DNA of 64,000 bases from Escherichia coli (lineage in GTDB: Bacteria; Pseudomonadota; Gammaproteobacteria; Enterobacterales; Enterobacteriaceae). The notes beneath the pieces are model-generated. The model searched no databases and was not told the DNA's origin. It was given only the letters and a program-made list of their open reading frames with translations. Made by a program: the position numbers and the translations under genes. Positions 10,563 through 21,341 of the stretch are shown here, one piece after another; position 1 is the stretch's first letter; each line of letters begins with the position of its first letter. Where the stretch lies: assembly GCF_041248615.1 (NCBI RefSeq), contig NZ_CP158426.1. One strand, 5' to 3'.

Positions 10563-12416
10563 ATGAGACGATTTCTGACGACGCTGATGATACTCCTGGT
10601 CGTGCTGGTGGCCGGGTTATCTGCGTTAGTGTTGCTGGTGAATCCGAATGATTTCCGCGACTATATGGTCAAGCAAGTTGCTGCACGTAGCGGTTATCAA
10701 TTGCAGCTCGACGGGCCACTGCGTTGGCACGTCTGGCCGCAGCTTAGTATCCTCTCCGGGCGAATGTCTCTCACCGCCCAGGGCGCGAGCCAGCCACTGG
10801 TTCGCGCCGACAACATGCGTCTGGACGTGGCGCTTTTACCACTGCTGAGTCATCAACTGAGCGTTAAGCAGGTAATGCTAAAAGGGGCAGTGATCCAACT
10901 GACGCCGCAGACGGAAGCGGTACGCAGTGAAGATGCCCCGGTTGCACCACGCGACAATACCTTGCCGGATCTGTCAGACGATCGCGGATGGTCGTTTGAT
11001 ATATCCAGTCTTAAGGTGGCGGACAGCGTGCTGGTGTTCCAGCATGAAGATGACGAGCAGGTGACAATCCGCAATATTCGCCTGCAAATGGAACAAGATC
11101 CCCAACATCGTGGTTCATTTGAGTTCTCCGGGCGGGGTAATCGCGATCAGCGCGATCTCACGATATCCCTTAACGGTACGGTAGATGCTTCTGATTATCC
11201 GCATGATTTAACGGCGGCTATTGAACAAGTTAACTGGCAGTTGCAGGGTGCAGATTTACCAAAACAAGGTATTCAGGGGCAGGGGAGTTTCCAGGCCCAG
11301 TGGCAGGAGTCACATAAACGCCTTTCATTTAACCAAATTAGTTTGACCGCCAATGACAGTACGCTGAGCGGGCAAGCACAGGTCACGCTGACAGAGCAAC
11401 CGGAATGGCAGCTGAGACTGCAATTTCCGCAACTGAATCTTGACAACCTCATCCCGCTTAATGAAACAGCGAACGGTGAAAACGGTGCCGCGCAGCAGGG
11501 GCAGAGCCAATCAACGTTGCCGCGCCCGGTCATTTCTTCGCGTATTGATGAACCGGCCTATCAGGGACTGCAAGGCTTTACGGCTGATATTTTGTTGCAG
11601 GCCAGTAACGTGCGCTGGCGCGGAATGAATTTTACAGATGTTGCCACGCAAATGACCAACAAGTCGGGTTTGCTGGAAATTACTCAACTGCAGGGCAAAC
11701 TTAACGGTGGACAGGTTTCACTGCCGGGCACGCTGGACGCGACATCAATAAATCCGCGGATAAACTTCCAGCCACGGCTGGAAAACGTTGAGATTGGTAC
11801 CATTCTGAAGGCGTTTAACTATCCGATTTCGTTGACCGGAAAGATGTCACTGGCTGGTGATTTCTCCGGTGCTGACATAGATGCCGACGCATTCCGCCAT
11901 AACTGGCAAGGACAGGCACATGTCGAAATGACCGACACGCGCATGGAAGGGATGAACTTCCAGCAGATGATTCAGCAAGCGGTAGAACGTAATGGTGGTG
12001 ATGTGAAGGCCGCTGAAAACTTCGATAACGTAACGCGTCTTGACCGCTTTACCACCGATTTGACGTTGAAGGATGGCGTCGTGACGTTAAACGACATGCA
12101 AGGTCAATCGCCCATGCTGGCGCTTTCCGGGGCTGGTACGTTGAATCTGGCGGAGCAAACCTGTGACACCCAGTTTGATATTCGGGTCGTGGGGGGCTGG
12201 AACGGGGAAAGCAAACTGATTGATTTCCTCAAAGAAACGCCAGTACCGCTTCGGGTTTATGGCAACTGGCAGCAACTCAATTACAGTCTGCAAGTGGATC
12301 AGTTACTGCGCAAACATCTACAGGACGAAGCGAAACGTCGCCTGAATGACTGGGCCGAGCGGAATAAAGATTCCCGCAATGGCAAAGATGTGAAGAAGTT
12401 GCTGGAGAAGATGTAG
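10563..12416 (+). CDS. asmA: AsmA outer-membrane assembly protein
   Basis: 617 aa. N-terminal signal-anchor 'LMILLVVLVAGLSALVLL' followed by a long AsmA-type periplasmic region. Confidence 0.9.
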   Translation: MRRFLTTLMILLVVLVAGLSALVLLVNPNDFRDYMVKQVAARSGYQLQLDGPLRWHVWPQLSILSGRMSLTAQGASQPLVRADNMRLDVALLPLLSHQLSVKQVMLKGAVIQLTPQTEAVRSEDAPVAPRDNTLPDLSDDRGWSFDISSLKVADSVLVFQHEDDEQVTIRNIRLQMEQDPQHRGSFEFSGRGNRDQRDLTISLNGTVDASDYPHDLTAAIEQVNWQLQGADLPKQGIQGQGSFQAQWQESHKRLSFNQISLTANDSTLSGQAQVTLTEQPEWQLRLQFPQLNLDNLIPLNETANGENGAAQQGQSQSTLPRPVISSRIDEPAYQGLQGFTADILLQASNVRWRGMNFTDVATQMTNKSGLLEITQLQGKLNGGQVSLPGTLDATSINPRINFQPRLENVEIGTILKAFNYPISLTGKMSLAGDFSGADIDADAFRHNWQGQAHVEMTDTRMEGMNFQQMIQQAVERNGGDVKAAENFDNVTRLDRFTTDLTLKDGVVTLNDMQGQSPMLALSGAGTLNLAEQTCDTQFDIRVVGGWNGESKLIDFLKETPVPLRVYGNWQQLNYSLQVDQLLRKHLQDEAKRRLNDWAERNKDSRNGKDVKKLLEKM

Positions 12417-12436
12417 GTTACCAGGTGACCTGTCCT

Positions 12437-12476
12437 GTAGGCCTGATAAGACGCGTGAAGCGTCGCATCAGGCGTT
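12437..12476. repeat. REP element in the asmA / yegH convergent spacer
   Basis: 'gtaggcctgataagacgcgtgaagcgtcgcatcaggcg' imperfect palindrome of REP type. Confidence 0.65.
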
Positions 12477-12708
12477 CGTGGCGGCACCATTATATTCTGA
12501 ATATGTAAGATCGAAGGCTGTTCCGTTCACTTGATGTTCCTCGCTACTATGGAACGCTCAAGCCGGTGAACGTGCCAGGATGGCTCAATCTCCACCACCC
12601 TGGCAACCCGGACCCACACCCCCGCTGTGATGTCCATGTACCACAGACAACGCTTCATTGCTGAAGTTATAAGGCGTTACGCAGCATTGGGTAAAATGGC
12701 CGATACCA

Positions 12709-14292
12709 TCACACCTCGTACTCCATCTCGCCATCCTTACGCAGCGGTATAATCTGCACCTTCTGCACGCGATGGCTTTCCACCTGCAACGTTTTGAGCA
12801 AGTAATCCCCTACCTGAACTTCTTCGCCAGGTTTTGGAATACGCTGCAAATATTCCATCAGCAGCCCGGCAATGGTGTGATATTCGCGTTTCTCATCCAG
12901 CGGTAGCGGCACATATTGCACCAGATCTTCCAGTGGCATATGACCATTCGCCGTCCAGGAACCGTCGGCGTTTTTCTGAATATCATGGCGGGCGTCGATC
13001 TCTTCCACTTCGTTCGGTAAGTTACCGGCAATGGTTTCAGTGACGTCACTTAATGTCACAATCCCTTCCACCGAGCCAAACTCATCCACTACAAAAGCAA
13101 AGTGCGTGCGGGCATTACGGAACTGCTCCAGGGCAGGTAACAACGGCAAGGTTTCCGGGAACACCAGCGGCTGGCGAATCAACACCCGCAGGTTGAGCGG
13201 TTCGCCGCGCAGAGACTGTTGTAGCAGGTCGATAACGTGAACAACACCGAGCAAATCTTCTGCGTCATCACCGTCGGTAACCACCAACCGCGTATGCTGA
13301 TTTCGCTCCAGCAACTGGCGGATTTCTTCTTCCGGCGCGTTGAGATCGATATGCTCAATATCGTGGCGCGACGTCATAATGCTGCTGACGGTACGCTGGT
13401 TAAGATTAAGTACCCGCTCAATCATCCGCCGTTCCTGCGGATTAAAGATCTGCTGGTTACCATGATCCACCAGCATGGACGCGGTTTCGGCGTCCAGTTC
13501 CGCATCTTCTTTTTGCCCGCTAAGCAGGCGCATTACCGCTTCGGTAGTCCGCTGGCGCAGCGTCTGGTTAGCGGAAAGAAAACGTCGCCGGTTAAAGATA
13601 GCCAACTGATTGAGCGCCTCGATCATCACCGAGAAACCAATAGCAGCGTACAGGTAGCCTTTCGGAATGACGAAGCCGAAACCTTCTGCCACCAGGCTAA
13701 AGCCAATCATCAACAGGAAGCTTAAGCAGAGAATAACGATCGTCGGGTGACTGTTAACAAATTGCGTTAACGGCTTGCTGGCCATCAACATCAGGCTAAT
13801 AGCGATAACGACGGCGGCCATCATGACCAGTAAATGGTCGACCATCCCGACGGCGGTAATCACCGAGTCGAGTGAGAAGATGGCGTCCAGTACCACAATT
13901 TGTGTCACCACCCCCCAGAACTTCGCACCTTTGCGTTGTGTGGGGTTATTGCTGTCTTTCCCTTCCAGCCGTTCGTTCAGCTCCATCGTGGCTTTGAACA
14001 ACAGGAAGAAACCACCAAACAGCATGATTAAGTCGCGGGCGCTAAAGGTAAACGAGCGAAAGCTGAATAGCGGTTGTGTCAGGGTGACCAGCCAGGAGAT
14101 TGACGCCAGCAGTAACAGGCGCATTAACATCGCCAGCAGCAGCCCGGTAACCCGTGCGCGGTCGCGCTGCTTCGGCGGTAGTTTTTCGGCGAGGATGGCA
14201 ATAAAGACCAGGTTATCAATGCCGAGGACCAGTTCGATCACAATCAGCGTGATTAACCCGGCCCAGATAGACGGATCGGCAATCCATTCCAT
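12709..14292 (-). CDS. yegH: TerC-family membrane protein with CBS and CorC/HlyC C-terminal domains
   Basis: About 527 aa from the internal ATG ('[13 protein letters not shown]'). Polytopic N-terminus, CBS pair, CorC-type C-terminus. Confidence 0.85.
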   Translation of the reverse strand: MEWIADPSIWAGLITLIVIELVLGIDNLVFIAILAEKLPPKQRDRARVTGLLLAMLMRLLLLASISWLVTLTQPLFSFRSFTFSARDLIMLFGGFFLLFKATMELNERLEGKDSNNPTQRKGAKFWGVVTQIVVLDAIFSLDSVITAVGMVDHLLVMMAAVVIAISLMLMASKPLTQFVNSHPTIVILCLSFLLMIGFSLVAEGFGFVIPKGYLYAAIGFSVMIEALNQLAIFNRRRFLSANQTLRQRTTEAVMRLLSGQKEDAELDAETASMLVDHGNQQIFNPQERRMIERVLNLNQRTVSSIMTSRHDIEHIDLNAPEEEIRQLLERNQHTRLVVTDGDDAEDLLGVVHVIDLLQQSLRGEPLNLRVLIRQPLVFPETLPLLPALEQFRNARTHFAFVVDEFGSVEGIVTLSDVTETIAGNLPNEVEEIDARHDIQKNADGSWTANGHMPLEDLVQYVPLPLDEKREYHTIAGLLMEYLQRIPKPGEEVQVGDYLLKTLQVESHRVQKVQIIPLRKDGEMEYEV

Positions 14293-14453
14293 AGTAAGTA
14301 CAAAACCTATTCGTTGTATGACAAATGTCACAATTCGATCATGGATAAATCGGGGCAAAAATGCAATGTTGCAGCACTATTTATCTCATATTATTTGAGG
14401 TTTATAACCTCACATTATCCCTGAATTAAAAGTGGTAATAATAAAACATTATT

Positions 14454-14467
14454 TAAGAAATATCGCA
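14454..14467 (+). promoter_or_regulatory. candidate RcsAB box upstream of the colanic acid promoter
   Basis: 'TAAGAAATATCGCA' matches the strongly conserved positions of the RcsAB box consensus TaAGaatatTCctA. A weaker alternative lies at 14532-14548. Placement relative to the true transcription start is unverified. Confidence 0.3.
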
Positions 14468-14733
14468 TATGGAGACACAATATTAAATATTGTCAACCTA
14501 AAGAAACTCCTAAAAACCATATTGAATGACACTTAATATAATTCTTAAAAATAGCCAATTGCCGAATTGTTACCTTGCCTGCTATTCCGTTAGCTGTAAC
14601 ACTTCCTCCTGCATTATTGGAGAGCCAATCTTCAATTACCATAATGTCACCTTATATTCGGAAGTTAATTTCCGCAATAACCCTTTCTCATCAACGACTG
14701 TATGTTGAGAGGGTTTTAAAAATTAAGCTAAAT

Positions 14734-14772
14734 CAGTATATTGGTAGCTAAAAAGCCAGGGGCGGTAGCGTG
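14734..14772 (+). promoter_or_regulatory. 39-bp JUMPstart element with ops core (GGCGGTAG at 14761-14768) in the wza 5' leader
   Basis: 'cagtatattggtagctaaaaagccaggGGCGGTAGcgtg', about 180 bp upstream of the wza ATG. The ops motif is the RfaH recruitment site on the non-template strand. Confidence 0.85.
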
Positions 14773-14950
14773 TCTGGATGCCTGAAAGACCAGTCTGAAT
14801 TATTCTGTCAATAGCCTGCGGATGAAATCAATTTTTTTAGGACTGATGCCAGTTAAATTTTTATTCAATTAACTGCAAGGTAAATGTGCATGGCGACATT
14901 GCTATTAATAGTGCACAGGATAATTACTCTGCCAAAGTGATAAATAAACA

Positions 14951-16090
14951 ATGATGAAATCCAAAATGAAATTGATGCCATTATTGGTGTCAGTAACCTT
15001 GATAAGCGGTTGCACAGTACTTCCGGGCAGCAATATGTCGACGATGGGCAAAGACGTCATCAAACAGCAGGACGCTGATTTCGATCTCGACAAAATGGTG
15101 AATGTTTATCCGCTGACCCCGCGCCTGATTGACCAATTACGACCACGCCCCAACGTAGCGCGCCCCAATATGACGCTGGAAAGTGAGATCGCGAATTACC
15201 AGTATCGCGTCGGGCCGGGGGACGTTCTTAATGTCACCGTCTGGGATCACCCGGAACTCACCACGCCAGCCGGTCAGTACCGCAGCTCCAGCGACACCGG
15301 CAACTGGGTACAGCCTGACGGCACCATGTTCTACCCGTATATCGGCAAAGTTCTCGTGGTGGGGAAAACGCTCGCTGAAATCCGCAGTGATATTACCGGG
15401 CGCTTAGCGACGTACATCGCTGACCCGCAGGTGGACGTTAATATCGCCGCCTTCCGCTCGCAAAAAGCCTATATCTCCGGCCAGGTGAATAAATCCGGCC
15501 AACAGGCGATCACCAACGTGCCACTGACCATTCTCGATGCCATCAACGCCGCAGGTGGCCTGACCGACACCGCTGACTGGCGCAACGTGGTGCTAACACA
15601 CAATGGTCGTGAAGAGCGCATTTCTTTGCAGGCGCTGATGCAAAACGGCGACCTCAATCAGAACCGACTGCTTTACCCCGGCGATATTCTCTACGTGCCG
15701 CGTAATGATGATCTGAAAGTGTTTGTGATGGGTGAAGTGAAGAAACAGAGCACCCTGAAAATGGACTTTAGCGGCATGACCCTGACTGAAGCCCTGGGTA
15801 ATGCTGAAGGCATCGACATGACCACCTCCAACGCCAGCGGCATCTTTGTCATTCGTCCGCTGAAAGGCGAGGGCGGGCGTAACGGCAAGATTGCCAATAT
15901 CTATCAGCTGGATATGTCCGATGCGACGTCGCTGGTGATGGCGACAGAATTCCGCCTACAACCTTATGACGTGGTGTATGTCACCACCGCCCCGGTTTCC
16001 CGCTGGAACCGTCTGATCAATCAGTTGCTGCCAACTATTAGCGGTGTCCGTTACATGACGGATACAGCCAGCGACATTCATAACTGGTAA
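14951..16090 (+). CDS. wza: colanic acid outer-membrane polysaccharide export lipoprotein
   Basis: 379 aa. Lipoprotein signal '[10 protein letters not shown]'. First gene after the JUMPstart/ops element. Confidence 0.95.
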   Translation: MMKSKMKLMPLLVSVTLISGCTVLPGSNMSTMGKDVIKQQDADFDLDKMVNVYPLTPRLIDQLRPRPNVARPNMTLESEIANYQYRVGPGDVLNVTVWDHPELTTPAGQYRSSSDTGNWVQPDGTMFYPYIGKVLVVGKTLAEIRSDITGRLATYIADPQVDVNIAAFRSQKAYISGQVNKSGQQAITNVPLTILDAINAAGGLTDTADWRNVVLTHNGREERISLQALMQNGDLNQNRLLYPGDILYVPRNDDLKVFVMGEVKKQSTLKMDFSGMTLTEALGNAEGIDMTTSNASGIFVIRPLKGEGGRNGKIANIYQLDMSDATSLVMATEFRLQPYDVVYVTTAPVSRWNRLINQLLPTISGVRYMTDTASDIHNW

Positions 16091-16095
16091 TCGTC

Positions 16096-16539
16096 ATGTT
16101 TAACAACATCTTAGTTGTCTGTGTCGGCAATATTTGCCGTTCCCCGACGGCGGAACGCTTACTGCAACGTTATCACCCGGAGCTAAAAGTGGAGTCCGCT
16201 GGACTCGGCGCGCTGGTCGGAAAGGGCGCTGATCCTACCGCTATCAGCGTCGCCGCAGAACATCAACTGTCTCTGGAAGGTCATTGCGCACGGCAAATCA
16301 GCCGCCGTCTGTGTCGCAACTACGACCTGATTTTGACCATGGAAAAGCGCCATATCGAACGCTTATGCGAGATGGCACCGGAGATGCGCGGCAAAGTTAT
16401 GCTGTTTGGTCACTGGGATAACGAATGTGAAATCCCCGATCCGTATCGCAAAAGCCGGGAAACGTTTGTAGCGGTGTACACATTACTTGAACGGTCTGCC
16501 CGCCAGTGGGCGCAGGCATTGAACGCAGAGCAGGTATAA
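16096..16539 (+). CDS. wzb: low-molecular-weight protein-tyrosine phosphatase
   Basis: 147 aa. Catalytic 'CVGNICRSP' (C-X5-R) motif. Confidence 0.95.
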   Translation: MFNNILVVCVGNICRSPTAERLLQRYHPELKVESAGLGALVGKGADPTAISVAAEHQLSLEGHCARQISRRLCRNYDLILTMEKRHIERLCEMAPEMRGKVMLFGHWDNECEIPDPYRKSRETFVAVYTLLERSARQWAQALNAEQV

Positions 16540-16541
16540 GA

Positions 16542-18704
16542 ATGACAGAAAAAGTAAAACAACATGCCGCTCCGGTAACGGGCAGTGATGAAATCGATAT
16601 TGGTCGCCTGGTCGGCACCGTCATTGAAGCGCGCTGGTGGGTAATTGGCATCACCGCCGTATTCGCCCTCTGTGCCGTGGTTTACACCTTCTTCGCCACG
16701 CCGATATACAGCGCCGACGCACTGGTACAAATCGAACAAAGCAGCGGCAATTCGTTAGTGCAGGATATCGGATCGGCATTAGCCAACAAACCGCCAGCAT
16801 CGGACGCCGAGATCCAGTTGATTCGTTCTCGCCTGGTGCTTGGTAAAACGGTGGACGATCTCGACCTCGATATTGCGGTGAGCAAAAACACGTTCCCGAT
16901 TTTCGGTGCGGGCTGGGAGCGCCTGATGGGACGCCAGAACGAGACGGTGAAAGTGACTACCTTTAACCGTCCGAAAGAGATGGCGGATCAGGTGTTTACG
17001 CTTAATGTGCTGGATGACAAAAACTACACCCTGAGCAGTGATGGCGGCTTTAGCGCCCGTGGACAAGCGGGCCAGATGCTGAAAAAAGAAGGCGTCACGC
17101 TGATGGTTGAAGCCATTCACGCCCGCCCGGGCAGTGAGTTTACCGTCACCAAATACTCCACGCTGGGGATGATCAACCAACTGCAAAACAGCCTGACGGT
17201 AATGGAGAACGGCAAAGACGCAGGCGTACTGAGCCTGACTTATACCGGTGAAGACCGCGAACAGATCCGCGACATTCTTAACAGTATCGCCCGTAACTAT
17301 CAGGAACAAAATATTGAGCGCAAATCCGCGGAAGCGTCGAAAAGCCTCGCTTTCCTCGCGCAACAGTTACCGGAAGTACGTAGCCGCCTCGATGTTGCCG
17401 AAAACAAACTGAATGCCTTCCGTCAGGATAAAGATTCAGTTGATCTGCCGCTGGAAGCGAAAGCGGTGCTCGATTCGATGGTGAACATCGACGCGCAGTT
17501 GAACGAACTGACCTTTAAAGAGGCGGAAATCTCCAAGCTGTACACCAAAGTTCACCCGGCGTACCGCACGCTGCTGGAGAAACGGCAGGCGCTGGAAGAC
17601 GAAAAAGCCAAACTTAATGGTCGCGTAACGGCGATGCCGAAAACCCAGCAGGAGATTGTGCGCCTGACCCGCGATGTCGAGTCTGGTCAGCAGGTCTATA
17701 TGCAACTGCTGAATAAAGAGCAGGAGCTGAAAATCACCGAAGCCAGCACCGTCGGCGATGTGCGCATTGTTGACCCGGCAATCACTCAGCCTGGTGTGCT
17801 GAAACCGAAGAAAGGGTTGATTATCCTCGGTGCAATTATCCTCGGCCTGATGCTCTCAATCGTGGGTGTGCTGCTGCGCTCGTTGTTTAATCGCGGTATC
17901 GAAAGCCCGCAAGTACTGGAAGAACACGGTATTAGCGTCTATGCCAGCATCCCGCTGTCGGAATGGCAGAAAGCGCGCGATAGCGTCAAAACCATCAAAG
18001 GGGTTAAACGCTATAAACAGAGCCAGCTACTGGCAGTGGGGAATCCAACCGATCTGGCGATTGAAGCCATCCGCAGTCTGCGTACCAGTCTGCACTTCGC
18101 GATGATGCAGGCGCAGAACAATGTGTTGATGATGACCGGGGTTAGCCCGTCAATCGGTAAAACCTTTGTCTGCGCTAACCTGGCGGCGGTGATCAGTCAG
18201 ACCAATAAACGGGTGTTGTTGATCGACTGCGATATGCGCAAAGGCTACACCCACGAGCTGTTGGGCACCAATAACGTCAATGGCCTGTCGGAAATTCTGA
18301 TTGGTCAGGGCGATATTACTACCGCTGCTAAACCGACCTCTATTGCCAAATTTGACCTGATCCCGCGCGGTCAGGTGCCGCCAAATCCTTCTGAACTGTT
18401 GATGAGCGAACGCTTTGCCGAACTGGTGAACTGGGCGAGTAAAAACTATGACCTGGTGTTGATTGATACGCCGCCGATTCTGGCAGTGACCGATGCGGCA
18501 ATTGTTGGTCGTCATGTCGGAACGACGTTAATGGTGGCGCGTTATGCGGTCAACACATTGAAAGAAGTGGAAACCAGTCTGAGCCGCTTTGAGCAAAACG
18601 GTATTCCGGTGAAAGGGGTGATTCTGAACTCCATCTTCCGCCGCGCCAGCGCGTATCAGGATTATGGCTATTACGAATACGAATATAAGTCGGATGCGAA
18701 ATAA
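16542..18704 (+). CDS. wzc: tyrosine autokinase / polysaccharide co-polymerase
   Basis: 720 aa from the ATG at 16542. Walker A 'GVSPSIGKT' and a C-terminal tyrosine cluster 'YQDYGYYEYEY'. Confidence 0.93.
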   Translation: MTEKVKQHAAPVTGSDEIDIGRLVGTVIEARWWVIGITAVFALCAVVYTFFATPIYSADALVQIEQSSGNSLVQDIGSALANKPPASDAEIQLIRSRLVLGKTVDDLDLDIAVSKNTFPIFGAGWERLMGRQNETVKVTTFNRPKEMADQVFTLNVLDDKNYTLSSDGGFSARGQAGQMLKKEGVTLMVEAIHARPGSEFTVTKYSTLGMINQLQNSLTVMENGKDAGVLSLTYTGEDREQIRDILNSIARNYQEQNIERKSAEASKSLAFLAQQLPEVRSRLDVAENKLNAFRQDKDSVDLPLEAKAVLDSMVNIDAQLNELTFKEAEISKLYTKVHPAYRTLLEKRQALEDEKAKLNGRVTAMPKTQQEIVRLTRDVESGQQVYMQLLNKEQELKITEASTVGDVRIVDPAITQPGVLKPKKGLIILGAIILGLMLSIVGVLLRSLFNRGIESPQVLEEHGISVYASIPLSEWQKARDSVKTIKGVKRYKQSQLLAVGNPTDLAIEAIRSLRTSLHFAMMQAQNNVLMMTGVSPSIGKTFVCANLAAVISQTNKRVLLIDCDMRKGYTHELLGTNNVNGLSEILIGQGDITTAAKPTSIAKFDLIPRGQVPPNPSELLMSERFAELVNWASKNYDLVLIDTPPILAVTDAAIVGRHVGTTLMVARYAVNTLKEVETSLSRFEQNGIPVKGVILNSIFRRASAYQDYGYYEYEYKSDAK

Positions 18705-18728
18705 CGACGCCTGCATTCGCACCGCCCC

Positions 18729-18764
18729 GTAGGCCGGATAAGGCGTTCACGCCGCATCCGGCAA
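18729..18764. repeat. REP element between wzc and wcaA
   Basis: 'gtaggccggataaggcgttcacgccgcatccggcaa' REP-type palindrome. Confidence 0.65.
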
Positions 18765-18796
18765 GCAAACCAGCTCATAAGCCGGGAGAACAACCT

Positions 18797-19636
18797 ATGA
18801 AAGACAATCCGCTGATCTCAATCTATATGCCGACCTGGAACCGCCAACAACTGGCGATTCGGGCGATAAAATCGGTCCTGCGCCAGGACTACAGTAACTG
18901 GGAGATGATCATCGTGGATGATTGCTCCACCTCCTGGGAACAGCTGCAACAGTACGTTACAGCCCTCAACGACCCGCGTATTACCTACATTCACAACGAC
19001 ATTAACAGCGGGGCGTGCGCGGTACGTAACCAGGCGATTATGCTGGCGCAAGGGGAATACATCACCGGGATCGATGATGATGATGAATGGACACCCAACC
19101 GCCTGAGCGTCTTCCTCGCCCATAAACAGCAACTGGTCACACACGCCTTTTTGTACGCTAACGACTACGTTTGCCAGGGCGAAGTCTATTCCCAACCGGC
19201 AAGTTTGCCGCTGTATCCCAAATCGCCGTATTCACGCCGCCTGTTCTACAAACGCAATATCATTGGCAATCAGGTCTTTACCTGGGCGTGGCGTTTCAAA
19301 GAGTGTTTGTTCGATACCGAACTGAAAGCGGCACAGGATTACGACATTTTCCTGCGGATGGTGGTGGAGTACGGCGAACCGTGGAAAGTGGAAGAGGCGA
19401 CGCAGATCCTGCATATCAATCACGGTGAAATGCAGATCACCTCGTCACCGAAAAAATTCTCCGGATACTTCCACTTTTACCGCAAGCACAAAGACAAATT
19501 CGACCGTGCCAGCAAAAAATATCAGCTGTTTACCCTCTACCAGATCCGCAATAAACGCATGACCTGGCGGACGTTGTTGACGCTGCTATCGGTGCGTAAC
19601 GGCAAACGTCTGGCTGAAGGAATACGGGGGCGTTAA
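18797..19636 (+). CDS. wcaA: colanic acid glycosyltransferase (GT2)
   Basis: 279 aa. GT2 N-terminus 'ISIYMPTWN' and 'IIVDDCS' DxD region. Confidence 0.9.
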   Translation: MKDNPLISIYMPTWNRQQLAIRAIKSVLRQDYSNWEMIIVDDCSTSWEQLQQYVTALNDPRITYIHNDINSGACAVRNQAIMLAQGEYITGIDDDDEWTPNRLSVFLAHKQQLVTHAFLYANDYVCQGEVYSQPASLPLYPKSPYSRRLFYKRNIIGNQVFTWAWRFKECLFDTELKAAQDYDIFLRMVVEYGEPWKVEEATQILHINHGEMQITSSPKKFSGYFHFYRKHKDKFDRASKKYQLFTLYQIRNKRMTWRTLLTLLSVRNGKRLAEGIRGR

Positions 19637-19638
19637 GG

Positions 19639-20127
19639 ATGCTGGAAGATCTGCGCGCCAACAGCTGGAGTTTACGCCCGTGCTGCATGGTGCTTGCCTA
19701 TCGCGTCGCCCATTTTTGTTCAGTGTGGCGCAAAAAGAACGTTCTCAACAATCTGTGGGCGGCTCCGCTGCTGGTGCTGTATCGCATTATCACCGAAGGC
19801 TTTTTCGGTTATGAAATCCAGGCCGCTGCGACCATTGGCCGCCGTTTCACTATCCATCACGGTTACGCCGTAGTGATCAATAAAAACGTGGTAGCGGGGG
19901 ATGATTTCACCATTCGCCACGGCGTCACTATCGGCAATCGGGGGGCCGATAACATGGCATGTCCACACATTGGTAACGGTGTCGAACTCGGTGCCAACGT
20001 CATTATTCTTGGTGATATCACGATTGGTAACAACGTCACCGTGGGCGCGGGCAGCGTGGTGCTCGACTCTGTCCCGGACAACGCGCTGGTGGTGGGAGAA
20101 AAAGCGCGAGTGAAGGTAATTAAATGA
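19639..20127 (+). CDS. wcaB: colanic acid acetyltransferase (hexapeptide repeat)
   Basis: 162 aa. Left-handed beta-helix hexapeptide repeats. Confidence 0.9.
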   Translation: MLEDLRANSWSLRPCCMVLAYRVAHFCSVWRKKNVLNNLWAAPLLVLYRIITEGFFGYEIQAAATIGRRFTIHHGYAVVINKNVVAGDDFTIRHGVTIGNRGADNMACPHIGNGVELGANVIILGDITIGNNVTVGAGSVVLDSVPDNALVVGEKARVKVIK

Positions 20128-21341
20128 ATATTTTGCAATTTAATGTGCGACTGGCGGAAGGCGGGGCGGCAGGTGTGGCGTTAGATCTCCACCAGCGTGC
20201 GCTGCAACAGGGGCTGGCGTCACATTTTGTCTACGGCTACGGCAAAGGCGGCAAAGAGAGCGTCAGCCATCAAAACTATCCGCAGGTCATCAAACATACG
20301 CCGCAGATGACCGCGATGGCGAACATTGCCCTGTTTCGTCTGTTTAATCGCGATCTGTTTGGCAATTTCAATGAGTTATATCGCACCATTACTCGCACAC
20401 CGGGCCCGGTGGTTCTGCATTTTCATGTGCTGCACAGCTACTGGCTAAATCTTAAGAGCGTGGTGCGCTTTTGCGAAAAGGTGAAAAACCACAAACCGGA
20501 TGTCACTCTGGTCTGGACGCTGCACGATCACTGGAGCGTTACCGGACGCTGCGCCTTTACCGACGGTTGCGAAGGCTGGAAAACGGGCTGCCAGAAATGC
20601 CCGACCTTAAATAATTATCCGCCGGTGAAGATTGATCGCGCACACCAGCTGGTGGCGGGCAAACGCCAGTTATTCCGTGAGATGCTGGCGCTGGGCTGTC
20701 AGTTTATTTCCCCCAGCCAGCATGTGGCTGATGCTTTCAATAGTCTGTACGGTCCAGGGCGTTGCCGGATTATCAATAATGGCATTGATATGGCAACCGA
20801 AGCGATTCTGGCGGACTTGCCTCCGGTGCGCGAAACTCAGGGCAAGCCGAAAATCGCGGTGGTAGCGCATGACCTGCGTTACGACGGCAAAACTAACCAG
20901 CAACTGGTACGCGAGATGATGGCGCTGGGCGACAAAATCGAACTGCATACCTTTGGTAAGTTCTCGCCGTTCACCGCTGGCAACGTGGTTAATCACGGCT
21001 TTGAAACTGACAAGCGCAAGTTGATGAGCGCGCTCAATCAGATGGATGCGCTGGTATTCAGTTCTCGCGTCGATAACTACCCGCTAATTTTGTGTGAGGC
21101 GCTATCGATTGGCGTGCCGGTGATTGCCACCCATAGCGACGCGGCGCGGGAAGTGCTGCAAAAATCCGGCGGTAAAACCGTCAGTGAAGAAGACGTGCTG
21201 CAACTGGTCCAGTTAAGCAAACCGGAAATCGCGCAGGCGGTATTTGGTACCACGCTGGCTGAGTTCAGCCAGCGCAGCCGTGCCGCCTACAGTGGACAAC
21301 AGATGCTGGAGGAGTATGTCAACTTCTATCAGAATCTGTAG
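20124..21341 (+). CDS. wcaC: colanic acid glycosyltransferase (GT1)
   Basis: 405 aa. ATGA overlap with wcaB. Confidence 0.9.
   Translation: MNILQFNVRLAEGGAAGVALDLHQRALQQGLASHFVYGYGKGGKESVSHQNYPQVIKHTPQMTAMANIALFRLFNRDLFGNFNELYRTITRTPGPVVLHFHVLHSYWLNLKSVVRFCEKVKNHKPDVTLVWTLHDHWSVTGRCAFTDGCEGWKTGCQKCPTLNNYPPVKIDRAHQLVAGKRQLFREMLALGCQFISPSQHVADAFNSLYGPGRCRIINNGIDMATEAILADLPPVRETQGKPKIAVVAHDLRYDGKTNQQLVREMMALGDKIELHTFGKFSPFTAGNVVNHGFETDKRKLMSALNQMDALVFSSRVDNYPLILCEALSIGVPVIATHSDAAREVLQKSGGKTVSEEDVLQLVQLSKPEIAQAVFGTTLAEFSQRSRAAYSGQQMLEEYVNFYQNL

Noticed and set aside
14526..14708. A 60-aa ORF in the long AT-rich wza leader.
   Set aside because: It has low-complexity AT-rich composition and sits in the known cps regulatory region. 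There is no evidence of a ribosome-binding site or conserved peptide.
16506..16541. Upstream start extensions in the ORF track for wzc (16506), udk (9164), yegH (14358), yegD (4626), wcaD (21244), rmlB (38858), wzz (56103), hisD (63353) and galF (37649).
   Set aside because: The extensions use alternative or far-upstream start codons, overlap the preceding gene or regulatory element, and add N-terminal residues that do not resemble the conserved N-termini. The internal ATG/GTG starts give standard protein lengths.
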